DNA of 18,420 nt from Candidatus Krumholzibacteriia bacterium (GCA_036351155.1 JAZBOO010000322.1:1-18420); one strand, 5' to 3'. Shown: positions 1-8,691, counted from the first letter of the stretch. A program made the numbers and translations. The notes: generated by a model not told the origin, from the sequence alone.

Positions 1-183
1 CTCTACGATTTGCGCGGGCGGCACGTCAAGACTCTGGTGTCCGGTCAGGTGGAGGCCGGGGCGCACACCGTTGTCTGGCAGGGGACCGACGCGCAAGGGC
101 TTCCGGTTTCTTCGGGGGTTTATCTGGCCCGGATGGAAACCGACGGCAAGGTGATGGTGACCAAGCTGATGTTGACGCGTTAG
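1..183 (+). CDS. 3' end of a probably secreted protein with a C-terminal FlgD-Ig-like (T9SS-CTD-like) domain; partial
   Basis: Manual frame-1 translation gives LYDLRGRHVKTLVSGQVEAGAHTVVWQGTDAQGLPVSSGVYLARMETDGKVMVTKLMLTR*, stop TAG 181-183. It matches the YDxxGRxVxTL...GxHxVxWxGxDxxGxxVxSGVY pattern of FlgD-Ig C-terminal domains. Not in the ORF track because the start lies outside the window. Confidence 0.85.
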   Translation, partial: LYDLRGRHVKTLVSGQVEAGAHTVVWQGTDAQGLPVSSGVYLARMETDGKVMVTKLMLTR

Positions 184-198
184 CGCGCGGTCCAGGTC

Positions 199-2301
199 TC
201 AGTAGTTCTCGATGCCCACCAGGTCGCACTCCAGGCGCTCGACCCGGGTGTACAGCAGGGCGTGCTGGTGGGCATCGTAAATCAGATCGGGATTGCGGCG
301 GCTTTCCAGAACGGCCATCAATGCGGGGGGAGCGCCATCGAAGGCGTGGAACCACACCTCGTAGTTTCGGTCTTCGCTGCCCCTGTGCGTGCACAGGAAA
401 ACACCCCCGGGACCGCTGGTCCAGCTCACCATCTCGCCACTTTCCAGGGGGAACAGCAGGTGGGGAGTGCCACCTTCGACACCGGCGGACCAGATCCCCA
501 GGGTGTCGGGCTGGTCCCGGGTGAACAGGACCAGGGAACCGTCGGCACTTTCCTCGCCCTTCCAGCCGCCCTCACGTGTGATACGTGTGGCCGGGCCGCC
601 ACTGCTGGGCCTTTTCCAGATGTTGGACAACCCTTGTTCGACGCGGCTGAAGTACAACCACTGCCCATCGCGGGACCAGGAAGGCCGGGTTTCATGGTCA
701 CCCGCCCGGGTGAGAACCTGGACCGATCCTCCTTCGACAGGCACCGTCCCGATGGCGCTGTTTCCCTTCTGGATCATCTGGAAAACCAGGAGATTTCCGT
801 CGGGTGACCACGCGGGGGCATCGGGGTACAGGGAAGACGATCGGACCAGGATTCGCGGACTCTTTCCATCACGGTCCGCAGCCCACAATCCGTCCTGGCC
901 GCCTCGGCGCGACACGAAGGCCAGCCGCCGGCCAGTGGGGGAAAGGGCGGGCCGGCCGTCATGGGTCGAACTGTTGACCAGGGGGTGGGGAAGGGGATTC
1001 TGGTCCGCTCCGGTCAACGGAATTTCCCAGATGCCCCAGTCGCGACGGGCCTGCGTGAAGGCCAGCATGGGCCGCTGATCTGCCACGGCCAGGCAGGTGA
1101 CTCCGTTGTCGGCCGAGATCAAGTGGCGCTGGCCTTCGCGAGGCTCGATTTTCCATATCCCATCGCTCGCCGTTATCAGCAGATGCTGGCCGTCGGGCGT
1201 CCAGTCCAGGTCGATGGCAAAGCGTTCACCCACCGACAGCAATCGGACGGTCCCAGTATCCCGGTGCAAAAGACCTACCACCATGCCCTCTTCGGCCCAG
1301 CGCAGGAAGGCCAGCGTCTGTCCATCCGGGGAGTAACGCGGGCGACGGTCGTAGTGCCCTTGCGCTGCGGGCTCGGTCAGCACCCGCGTGGATCCTGATT
1401 CCAGATCCAGCTCTTCCAGCCGCCACCCGCGGTGCACTCCGGTGGGGGCGGCAAAGGCCAGATGACGACCATCGGGGGCGTAATCGGGCATCAAGGGGGG
1501 GCGTCCGTGGCGCGGGGCCACCAGGAGCTGTTCCTGCCCGCCGGTGGCAGCGACCTGAAACAGCCCGATGTCCCGGCCGGCCACCCGGGAATAGGCCACG
1601 TGACGGGTGTCATGGGACCATGCGGGATAAGCGTAGTGTCCCTGGGGCGGGGTCAAGGCCAGGGGCTGGTCTTCTCCGATGGACTGGACAAACACCCCGG
1701 TGGGCGTGTCCTGGTCGCCTTCCCAGGCAAAAAGCAAGCGATCGGCGGTGGGCGTCAGGCACGGGTATTCTTCCACGCCGGGCAAGCTGGTCAGCTGGAG
1801 CAGACGGGTGGTGGCGGAAGGGGGCGGTCCCGACCTCGTGGCCAGGGACCAGAAGCCCACCGACACGGCTGCGGCCAGGCCCAGGCCCATCAAACCCATC
1901 ACGCGGCGGGACAGTCGAGGACTGGCCGGTCGTGGGGCCGGATTGTCCAGCGGAACGACACTGACCAGCAGGCGATAACCCCGCTTGGGAATGGTCTCGA
2001 TCACCCGGGGAGTGCGGGGGTCATCGCCGAACAGCTTGCGCAGCTCGGAGATGGCGCGGGTCAGCACCTCGTCCACGACGATGGTGTCGGGCCAGACATC
2101 GTCCATGATCTCCTCGCGCGTCACCACACCGGGCCGGGCGCAGAGACAAATCAGCACCCGCATGAACTTGTCGGCCACACGCTGGTCCAGATCTGGCCCG
2201 GTGATCCTGTTTTCGCGGGGTAAAACGCGCCACCGGCCGTCGAGCAGGTACCCCTGAATGGGGAAATGTGAAGGCGGCGGGTTTTCGGGACTCAAGGTCA
2301 T
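199..2301 (-). CDS. Transmembrane one-component regulator: N-terminal OmpR/CadC-type winged-helix, single TM helix, extracytoplasmic TolB-like (PD40) beta-propellers
   Basis: wHTH signature VVTREEIMDDVWPDTIVVDEVLTRAISELRKLFGDDPRTPRVIETIPKRGYRL. Pro-rich linker, then hydrophobic VMGLMGLGLAAAVSVGFWSL. About 9 PD40-like repeats (PAWSHDT, PDYAPDG, PRYSPDG, WTPDG, PALSPTG, PAWSPDG, PSWSRDG). ATG at 2301 chosen; TTG at 2316 is the alternative. Confidence 0.88.
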   Translation of the reverse strand: MTLSPENPPPSHFPIQGYLLDGRWRVLPRENRITGPDLDQRVADKFMRVLICLCARPGVVTREEIMDDVWPDTIVVDEVLTRAISELRKLFGDDPRTPRVIETIPKRGYRLLVSVVPLDNPAPRPASPRLSRRVMGLMGLGLAAAVSVGFWSLATRSGPPPSATTRLLQLTSLPGVEEYPCLTPTADRLLFAWEGDQDTPTGVFVQSIGEDQPLALTPPQGHYAYPAWSHDTRHVAYSRVAGRDIGLFQVAATGGQEQLLVAPRHGRPPLMPDYAPDGRHLAFAAPTGVHRGWRLEELDLESGSTRVLTEPAAQGHYDRRPRYSPDGQTLAFLRWAEEGMVVGLLHRDTGTVRLLSVGERFAIDLDWTPDGQHLLITASDGIWKIEPREGQRHLISADNGVTCLAVADQRPMLAFTQARRDWGIWEIPLTGADQNPLPHPLVNSSTHDGRPALSPTGRRLAFVSRRGGQDGLWAADRDGKSPRILVRSSSLYPDAPAWSPDGNLLVFQMIQKGNSAIGTVPVEGGSVQVLTRAGDHETRPSWSRDGQWLYFSRVEQGLSNIWKRPSSGGPATRITREGGWKGEESADGSLVLFTRDQPDTLGIWSAGVEGGTPHLLFPLESGEMVSWTSGPGGVFLCTHRGSEDRNYEVWFHAFDGAPPALMAVLESRRNPDLIYDAHQHALLYTRVERLECDLVGIENY

Positions 2302-2319
2302 CTTTTTATTTCCCAAGAG

Positions 2320-2362
2320 GTTATGAGTTGTTAGGTGAATGTTAGAAAGAGCTTAGACCCCT
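2320..2362. promoter_or_regulatory. Phased direct repeats (TTAG, 11-bp period); putative winged-helix operator
   Basis: gttaggtgaat / gttagaaagag / cttagacccct, with TTAG at 2331, 2342 and 2353 plus TTAT at 2321, in the AT-richer divergent intergenic region. Confidence 0.55.
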
Positions 2363-2436
2363 GACACAACTTTTTCTGCCCAATGCGCTATACCGGGGCG
2401 ACAGCAAACCACACTCGCCTTTCCCGGAGGTTCAAA

Positions 2437-3408
2437 ATGCCAGAAATGCAAACCGCCTGTCAACATCCCTGCCGCTCATTACGGATCGTTCTGATGCTTG
2501 TTCCACTGATCCTGATGGCGCTGCCCGCCCAGGGGCAGGTACCGGAGGCGGACCCCGCGGCGCGCTTGCGTCTGGATCAGGCTCTTGCCGAGGAGCGCTG
2601 GGATGACGCCCTGGCCCACGCGGACACGGTGGCCTTCGCGGCGCACACGGCTTACATGGATATCCTGCAGGAGATCGTCAGGTTGCATTGCCGAGCAGGG
2701 GACCAGGAAAAGGCGTTCACCGCCCTGGAGGAAATGCTGGAGGCGGGCTACTGGAACTACCGAGCGCTGGGTAAAGACCCTGACCTGGCATTGATCACCG
2801 AGCAGGATCGGTTCAAGGAGGCCATACGCGGCGCCTGGGCCAAGCAGTACATCAAGATGCTGGAGCGCGACACCCGCCAGGATATGCAGCTGCCGGAACA
2901 GATCCTGGCCGAACTGGATTTCCAGCCCGGAGAGACGGTGGCGGATATCGGGGCGGGGTCCGGCTACTTCACCGTGCCGGTTGCCCATGCCGTGGGACCC
3001 GAGGGCAAGGTTCTGGCTCTGGACATACGGCAGGAAATGCTGGACTTCATTGCCGCACGATTGCCCCGGGAGGGGCTGGAGAACGTGGAACTGGGGCTGG
3101 TGAAAGCCGAGGATCCCCAGCTGCCTGCCCACGGTGTGGACACCATTCTGATGGTGGATGTTTTCCACTACATCAAGGAGAGGCAGGCCTACGCCGAGAA
3201 GCTGAAAGCGGGCCTGGCCCCTGGCGGTCGGCTGGTGGTCATCGACTTCCGTTACGACCCGGATGCCGTGCGTGAATTCGCGCCGCCCATTCAGCAGCAG
3301 GTGGCCCGGGAAGATCTGGATGCCGATCTGGCCGCCGCAGGATTCCGTGTGCGCGCGGCCCATGACTTCCTTCCGGAACAGTACTTCGTCATCTACGAGG
3401 TGAAGTAG
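2437..3408 (+). CDS. Class I SAM-dependent methyltransferase with N-terminal signal peptide and TPR-like helical domain
   Basis: RBS GGAGG 2426-2430 before ATG 2437. Signal-like RSLRIVLMLVPLILMALPAQG. TPR-end-like segment LHCRAGDQEKAFTALEEMLEAGY...DPDL...RF. SAM motif I VADIGAGSGY, then VLALDI, VDTILMVDVFHY and LAPGGRLVVID. Confidence 0.85.
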   Translation: MPEMQTACQHPCRSLRIVLMLVPLILMALPAQGQVPEADPAARLRLDQALAEERWDDALAHADTVAFAAHTAYMDILQEIVRLHCRAGDQEKAFTALEEMLEAGYWNYRALGKDPDLALITEQDRFKEAIRGAWAKQYIKMLERDTRQDMQLPEQILAELDFQPGETVADIGAGSGYFTVPVAHAVGPEGKVLALDIRQEMLDFIAARLPREGLENVELGLVKAEDPQLPAHGVDTILMVDVFHYIKERQAYAEKLKAGLAPGGRLVVIDFRYDPDAVREFAPPIQQQVAREDLDADLAAAGFRVRAAHDFLPEQYFVIYEVK

Positions 3409-3409
3409 G

Positions 3410-4786
3410 GTGCGGGCCGGACAGAAAACCCTGTCGACGACCGATGTGGCCAGCTTGATCGTCGGAATCATCGTCGGGGTGGGCATTTTCCAGACCATGC
3501 CCGAGGTGGCCAGAGGTGCCGGCAACTGGTGGATGGCCAGCTTGCTCTGGCTGGCTGGGGGACTGCTCTCCCTGTGCGGAGCCTTCGGCTATGCGGAGCT
3601 GGCGTCCAGCGATCCACGCCCAGGCGGAGACTACGTTTACCTGAACACGGCGTTCGGTCCACGGGCGGGTTTTCTGTTCGGCTGGCTGCAAACCACGGTG
3701 GTGCGGCCGGGCGACATCGCGGTGATGGCCTTCGCCTTTGCCACCTACGGGCGGGCGGCCCTGGGGCTGGAGGGTCTCGACGTCCGGCTTCTGGCCACCG
3801 GGGCGGTGGTGCTCACAACGCTGGTCAATATCTGCGGCGTACGCGAAGGCGCCCGTTTTCAGAACCTGTTGACGGCCATCAAAGTTCTGGGCTTGCTGGT
3901 TCTGGTGGTGCTGGCGCTGACAGCCTGGGGCAGTGGGCCGCACCGGTTGCCGGCAGAGGAGGGGCCTCCCGGTTTGCCCCTGCAGGTGGCGCTCATTCTG
4001 GTGCTGTTCACGTACGGCGGATGGAACGAGGCCGTCTATGTGGCCGCGGAAATGCGGACGCCGCGTCGGAGCATTGCCCCGGCTTTGCTCATGGGCACAG
4101 GGGCGGTGGCTCTTCTTTACCTGTTGCTCAGTTCCAGTTTCCTCGGAGCCCTGGGATTCGAGGGCGTGGCGGGATCCGAGGCCGTGGCGGTCGATGCGGT
4201 GGCCACGGCTGGCCATCCCGGAGCAAGCCGGGCCGTGGGTGCCCTGGTGGCATTATCGGCCCTCGGAGCAGTCAACGGTCTGGTCCTGGCCGGGGCGCGC
4301 ATCACCGACGCGGTGGCGCGGGACCATGCGGTTTTTCGCCTGCTGGCCCGACAGACCGAAGAAGGTCCCCCTTTGCGGGCTCTTTTCTGGCAGGCGGTTC
4401 TGGCGGTGATCCTGATCATGGTCCTGGGCTCTTTCCTCGACACGGTCATTTACACCGCGGCGGCGGTTTACAGCTTCTACCTGGCCACCAGTGTGGCGGT
4501 CCTGGTCATGCGCCGGCGCAGGCCGGTGCCCAGGGGTGCCTTCCGCGTGCCCTGGTTCCCCTGGCCCACACTGGTTTTTGCGGGTGTTTGCCTGTTCCTG
4601 ATTCACGGTGCAGTGGTGTACCGCCCCTGGCTGGCCGTGGCTTCCCTGGTCCTGGTGCTGGCCGGGTTGCCGGTTCATGAGTTGAGCCGAACCATCGCGC
4701 GCACTTCCACGTCTGGATTGACAGGAAAGGGCCGGTTGCCAGGACTTCCGGAAATCCCCAAGATAGAAAGTGACAGGCAATCATGA
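3410..4786 (+). CDS. APC-superfamily amino acid permease (LAT/SteT-like)
   Basis: About 12 hydrophobic segments. TM1 GIIVGVGIF, YAELAS..PxxGGDYVYL..AFG, GFLFGW and TM6 FTYGGWN. GTG starts 1 nt after the upstream stop, and its own stop overlaps the next ATG (ATGA). Confidence 0.92.
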   Translation: MRAGQKTLSTTDVASLIVGIIVGVGIFQTMPEVARGAGNWWMASLLWLAGGLLSLCGAFGYAELASSDPRPGGDYVYLNTAFGPRAGFLFGWLQTTVVRPGDIAVMAFAFATYGRAALGLEGLDVRLLATGAVVLTTLVNICGVREGARFQNLLTAIKVLGLLVLVVLALTAWGSGPHRLPAEEGPPGLPLQVALILVLFTYGGWNEAVYVAAEMRTPRRSIAPALLMGTGAVALLYLLLSSSFLGALGFEGVAGSEAVAVDAVATAGHPGASRAVGALVALSALGAVNGLVLAGARITDAVARDHAVFRLLARQTEEGPPLRALFWQAVLAVILIMVLGSFLDTVIYTAAAVYSFYLATSVAVLVMRRRRPVPRGAFRVPWFPWPTLVFAGVCLFLIHGAVVYRPWLAVASLVLVLAGLPVHELSRTIARTSTSGLTGKGRLPGLPEIPKIESDRQS

Positions 4787-6804
4787 TGCGAATCTCCATG
4801 ATCATTCTGGTGCTGGTGGGCCTCGGGGCGGTGACCTGCCTGGCGGAGGAAGCACCCAGAGCCAATCCGGATTCTCCGGCCACTTCCCCCAAGGTCCGAT
4901 ACGGGCAAGCCTTGCGCAGTTTGGAAGCCGGTGATCTTGACGGGGCAGAAAACGCGCTGCGCGCCCTCCTTCTGGAGGCGCCGGACAATCCCCACTGCTT
5001 GCGTCAGCTGGCGGGAATCGAGATGGCCCGGAATTACGACCGCCGGGAATTCATGGTTCCCATGCGGGACGGCGTGCGCCTTTTCACCGAGGTCTACCTG
5101 CCGAAGGACCAGAGCCGGGAGTACCCCATCCTCCTGAACCGAACGCCCTACTCCGCACTGTTTCGAGCGGACATGGTCCTGGATCATTTCAGCTTTCCTG
5201 GACCGGGTGCCAGGTTTCCCAAAGAGGGGTATATCTTTGTCATCCAGGATGTGCGGGGACGCTACCGCAGCGAGGGCACCTTCGAGGTTTTGCGGCCTCA
5301 TGTCCCGGACCCGGATGACGAGCGGAGTACCAACGAAAGCACCGATGCCCACGACACCATCTCTTGGCTACTGGACAACCTGCCCGGCCACAACGGGCGG
5401 GTCGGGGTTCACGGAATGTCCTGGCCGGGATACTACGCGGCCATGGCCCTGGTGGACGCTCATCCTGCCATCAGGGCCGCGGTCATCGAGGCTCCGGTGT
5501 CGGGAGGGTTCCGCGGCGACGACTACCATCACAACGGGGCCCTGCACTACCTGTATTCCTTCCGCTGGTTGAACAATGTCGGGTTGCGTGACCAGGCCGC
5601 ACCCACCACCGATATTCAGCCTCCGATCTTCCGGGAGGATTTCGGCAACTATTTCCATTACCTGAAAAATCTGGGCCCACTGGTCAATCTCAACAAGCAG
5701 GGGTTCCGGGGCCAGGTTGCCTTCTGGAACGACATCACCCGGCATCCCGATGAGGATGATTTCTGGCGGCGTCGGGAGCTGGCTCCTCTGCTGACCGGGC
5801 TGAAAGATGTGGCCGTTCTGGTGGCCGGGTCCTGGTTCGATGATCAGGATCTGTACGGCACCCTGCAGGTTTACCGGGCACTGGAAAATGGAAGCCCACA
5901 CGCAGACACCCATCTGGTCATGGGCGTGTGGAATCATGCGTCATGGTGGGACCAGAAGACCGCACCCTGGGGAGTGGTGGGCCTGCCGGTCAAGGAAACG
6001 GGAAGTCACTATCGGGACAAGATCCTGACTCCATTCTTCGCCAGCCATCTCAAGGGGGATGGTCAGTTCCCTCTGGCGGAGGCCACGGTTTTTGAAAGTG
6101 GGACCCGTGCGTGGCGGGAGTATGCGGTCTGGCCCCCTTCGGCTGTGACCAGCCGGATCATGTACCTCGAGGGAGGCGAAGGCCTGCGCTGGGACGCTCC
6201 ACCTGCGGAGAAGGGCAGCTGGAGGGCCTTTGTCAGCGATCCTGCTGATCCGGTTCCCCATCAGCCGGTGGATACCATTTTTGGCTGGAACGCCGGGTAC
6301 ATGCATGCCGACCAGCGATACCTGGAGGGACGGGATGATGTGATCAGCTTCTTGGGCCCCTCCCTGACAGAGGAGTGCACCCTGGCGGGCCCCGTGGTGG
6401 TGGATCTGTCCGTGGCCACCACGGGGGAGGATGCCGACTGGGTGGTCAAGTTGATCGACGTTTTTCCAGCCGGGGAAGGTGATTCACCGGAGGTCCAGAT
6501 GCTGGTCCGGGGAGACATCATGCGTGGGCGGTACCGGGACAGTTTTTCCGCACCGACGCCCTTGACGTCGGGCGAGGTGGACCGGGTGCGCTTCACCCTG
6601 CCCGATGTGAATCACACCTTCGCCAAGGGCCACCGGATCATGGTTCAGATCCACAGCAGCTGGTTTCCCGTGTTCGATATCAACCCGCAGACGTGGGTCA
6701 ATATCTATCAGGCTGGAGCAGAAGATTTCCGGGCCGCCGAGCACCGGGTTTATCATGGGCAGGATCATCCGTCCTGCCTGGTGCTTCCGGTCCTGACGCA
6801 CTGA
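4783..6804 (+). CDS. Exported CocE/NonD-family serine hydrolase (alpha-amino-acid ester hydrolase/peptidase S15-like) with N-terminal TPR-like helix pair
   Basis: Signal-like MMRISMIILVLVGLGAVTCLA. Family motifs VPMRDGVRL, RTPY and QDVRGRYRSEG. Nucleophile elbow GMSWPG, acid WFDDQD and His GVWNH. C-terminal jelly-roll with DWVVKLIDV and HTFAKGHRIMVQIHSSWFP. Confidence 0.92.
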   Translation: MMRISMIILVLVGLGAVTCLAEEAPRANPDSPATSPKVRYGQALRSLEAGDLDGAENALRALLLEAPDNPHCLRQLAGIEMARNYDRREFMVPMRDGVRLFTEVYLPKDQSREYPILLNRTPYSALFRADMVLDHFSFPGPGARFPKEGYIFVIQDVRGRYRSEGTFEVLRPHVPDPDDERSTNESTDAHDTISWLLDNLPGHNGRVGVHGMSWPGYYAAMALVDAHPAIRAAVIEAPVSGGFRGDDYHHNGALHYLYSFRWLNNVGLRDQAAPTTDIQPPIFREDFGNYFHYLKNLGPLVNLNKQGFRGQVAFWNDITRHPDEDDFWRRRELAPLLTGLKDVAVLVAGSWFDDQDLYGTLQVYRALENGSPHADTHLVMGVWNHASWWDQKTAPWGVVGLPVKETGSHYRDKILTPFFASHLKGDGQFPLAEATVFESGTRAWREYAVWPPSAVTSRIMYLEGGEGLRWDAPPAEKGSWRAFVSDPADPVPHQPVDTIFGWNAGYMHADQRYLEGRDDVISFLGPSLTEECTLAGPVVVDLSVATTGEDADWVVKLIDVFPAGEGDSPEVQMLVRGDIMRGRYRDSFSAPTPLTSGEVDRVRFTLPDVNHTFAKGHRIMVQIHSSWFPVFDINPQTWVNIYQAGAEDFRAAEHRVYHGQDHPSCLVLPVLTH

Positions 6805-6814
6805 GGTTTGGACG

Positions 6815-7465
6815 CTAATCCAGCGGAGTCAATCCCTCCCGGATGGCATACTTGGTCAGCTCGGCGATGGAGCGGATTTCGAGCTTGTCCATGACCGCCT
6901 TGCGGTGCGATTCCACGGTCTTGGCCGAGAGGTTCAACCGGGCGGCGATTTCCTTGGTGGACTGGCCTTCGGCGAGCAACTGCAGCACCTCGCGCTCGCG
7001 GCCCGACAGCACCGAAAAAGCACCGGTCGGTTCACCGTCGGCCACGGCCACGTAGTCACGAATGACCTGTTCGCTGACCTCTTGACTCAGAAAGGTTTGT
7101 CCGGCCATCACGGTGCGGGCTCCCTTCAGCAGATCATCAAAGCCGGCATCTTTCAGCGCGTAACCCCGGGCGCCGGCCTTCAGGGCCTCCAGGACAAAAC
7201 GGCGATCGCTGTGCATGGACAGGATGATCACCCGGATGTCGGGGAAATCGCGCTGGAGGCGACGCGTCACCTCGATGCCGTTCATGCCGGGCATGGAGAT
7301 GTCCAGGATGGCCAGATCGGGCTTGTGCTCGGCACAGAGCTCAAGTGCCGTCAGGCCATCCTCGGCCTCGGCCACCACCTCGAATTCCTCGTGGCGGGAC
7401 ATCAGGGGGCGCAGACCGTCACGAAAAATCCGGTGGTCATCGGCCAGCAGGACGCGCACGCTCAT
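6815..7465 (-). CDS. NarL/FixJ-family response regulator (REC + LuxR HTH)
   Basis: MSVRVLLADDH, phosphoacceptor LDISMPGMNG, LSMH, GYALK and LuxR HTH LSGREREVLQLLAEGQSTKEIAARLNLSAKTVESHRKAVMDKL. ATG at 7465 overlaps the kinase stop (ATGA). Confidence 0.95.
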   Translation of the reverse strand: MSVRVLLADDHRIFRDGLRPLMSRHEEFEVVAEAEDGLTALELCAEHKPDLAILDISMPGMNGIEVTRRLQRDFPDIRVIILSMHSDRRFVLEALKAGARGYALKDAGFDDLLKGARTVMAGQTFLSQEVSEQVIRDYVAVADGEPTGAFSVLSGREREVLQLLAEGQSTKEIAARLNLSAKTVESHRKAVMDKLEIRSIAELTKYAIREGLTPLD

Positions 7466-8592
7466 GGAGAGCCTTCCGTCAAGGGAACTTCCAGGGTGAT
7501 CCGGCAACCATGGCCGGGAGTGGATTCAATGGCCAGACAGCCACCGAGATCCCTCAACCGCTCTTCGATGGCGAACAGCCCGAAGTGATCGCGATTATTC
7601 GTTTTGAAATCCGCATAGTCGAAGCCCACTCCGTCATCGCTGATGACCAGATGCACGTGGTCCTCACCGTATTCCAGCTGGATGGTCATCTTCCGCGCCT
7701 GGGCATGTTTGACCACGTTGTGGGTCAACTCGCGGCAACATTTCCACAGAAGGATACGGGCGGTGTCAGCGAGATCGCGGGATCCCTTTTCGATCACCTT
7801 GACCTTCAAGCCATGCTTGCGCTGAAGGTTTTCGCCCAGCCAGTCCAGAGCCGGTCCCAGCCCCAGCTCGTACAGAACCGGCGGAGACAGCTCGAAGGTC
7901 AGGCCCCGGGTGTAGCGGATGGCCTGGTCACTCAGGGTCACCAGTCCGGCGAGGGCGGGGTTGTGACCGCTCAGTGCCGAGTTACCCCGGAGCTCCTGTA
8001 GCCTCATCTTGATCAGGGCCAACCCCTGGCCCAGGTGGTCGTGGAGGTCCTCGGCAATCCGGCGTCGCTCCCGTTCCTCGGCCAGGCACAGCTCACGGGA
8101 CAGGCGCCGCAGGTCGGCGGTGCGGTCCTGGACCTGCTTCTCCAGGCGGCTGTTGGCTTCGAGAATGGCCTGGTCGTCCAGTCGGTGCTGTAAAAAGGCC
8201 CGGATCATGTCTGCCAGGGAGCGGATCAGCTCTCGCTCTTCGTTGAGAAACGGTCCCTCATCGGCGGCGGGGTGCTCGACCGTGTACACCACCGTCATGC
8301 AGGCGGGCTCGCCACCGCGCAGGGTGATGGTTTCGATCTGCTGCCACGGCGTTTCCCGGAACCCGCCGGTGGCCCAGCGGCGCTGGCCCCAGGTCAGACG
8401 GCATTCGGTGGACAGCGGGAACTGCCAGGCCGGGGGAATCAGGGCGGCCACCTGGGGCATGACCTCGTCCAGATCGGCGGCCGCGTTCTGCAAGAGGCGG
8501 GCGGTGCTGTGCAGCGCGGTGAGTTCTTTCACGCGCTCCTGAAGGTGGTGTTGCAGCGAATCAGCCATGAGGAACTTCCGGACTCGGGACAT
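7462..8592 (-). CDS. Cytoplasmic HisKA_3-type sensor histidine kinase with N-terminal GAF-like domain
   Basis: H-box EERERRRIAEDLHDHLGQGL, ELSPPVLYELGL, N-box ELTHNVVKHA, G1 DDGVGF and G2 FGLFAIEERL. No TM segment. N-terminal ERVKEL...IPPAWQFP...GPFLNEE input domain. The start could be ATG at 8568. Confidence 0.92.
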   Translation of the reverse strand: MSRVRKFLMADSLQHHLQERVKELTALHSTARLLQNAAADLDEVMPQVAALIPPAWQFPLSTECRLTWGQRRWATGGFRETPWQQIETITLRGGEPACMTVVYTVEHPAADEGPFLNEERELIRSLADMIRAFLQHRLDDQAILEANSRLEKQVQDRTADLRRLSRELCLAEERERRRIAEDLHDHLGQGLALIKMRLQELRGNSALSGHNPALAGLVTLSDQAIRYTRGLTFELSPPVLYELGLGPALDWLGENLQRKHGLKVKVIEKGSRDLADTARILLWKCCRELTHNVVKHAQARKMTIQLEYGEDHVHLVISDDGVGFDYADFKTNNRDHFGLFAIEERLRDLGGCLAIESTPGHGCRITLEVPLTEGSP

Positions 8593-8640
8593 ATGGCCAG
8601 CACGGCGGACTCCATTTTAAGCCCCCACTTCGGTGAAAAC

Positions 8641-8678
8641 CAGGAAATCCCCCAGTGGAATTCAGGAAAAGCCCAGTT
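8641..8678. promoter_or_regulatory. Direct repeat pair CAGGAAA..CCCAGT spaced 22 bp; putative NarL-type operator
   Basis: CAGGAAATCCCCCAGT at 8641 and CAGGAAAAGCCCAGT at 8663, between the divergent kinase and amt starts. Confidence 0.45.
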
Positions 8679-8691
8679 GCGGCCAACCCGC

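Noticed and set aside
2383..2436. Upstream ATG extension of the methyltransferase
   Set aside because: No RBS. The ATG at 2437 has GGAGG at proper spacing and yields a signal peptide.
7466..7507. N-terminal extension of the NarL regulator in the ORF track
   Set aside because: It overlaps the kinase C-terminus. The REC domain begins at ATG 7465 with an ATGA coupling.
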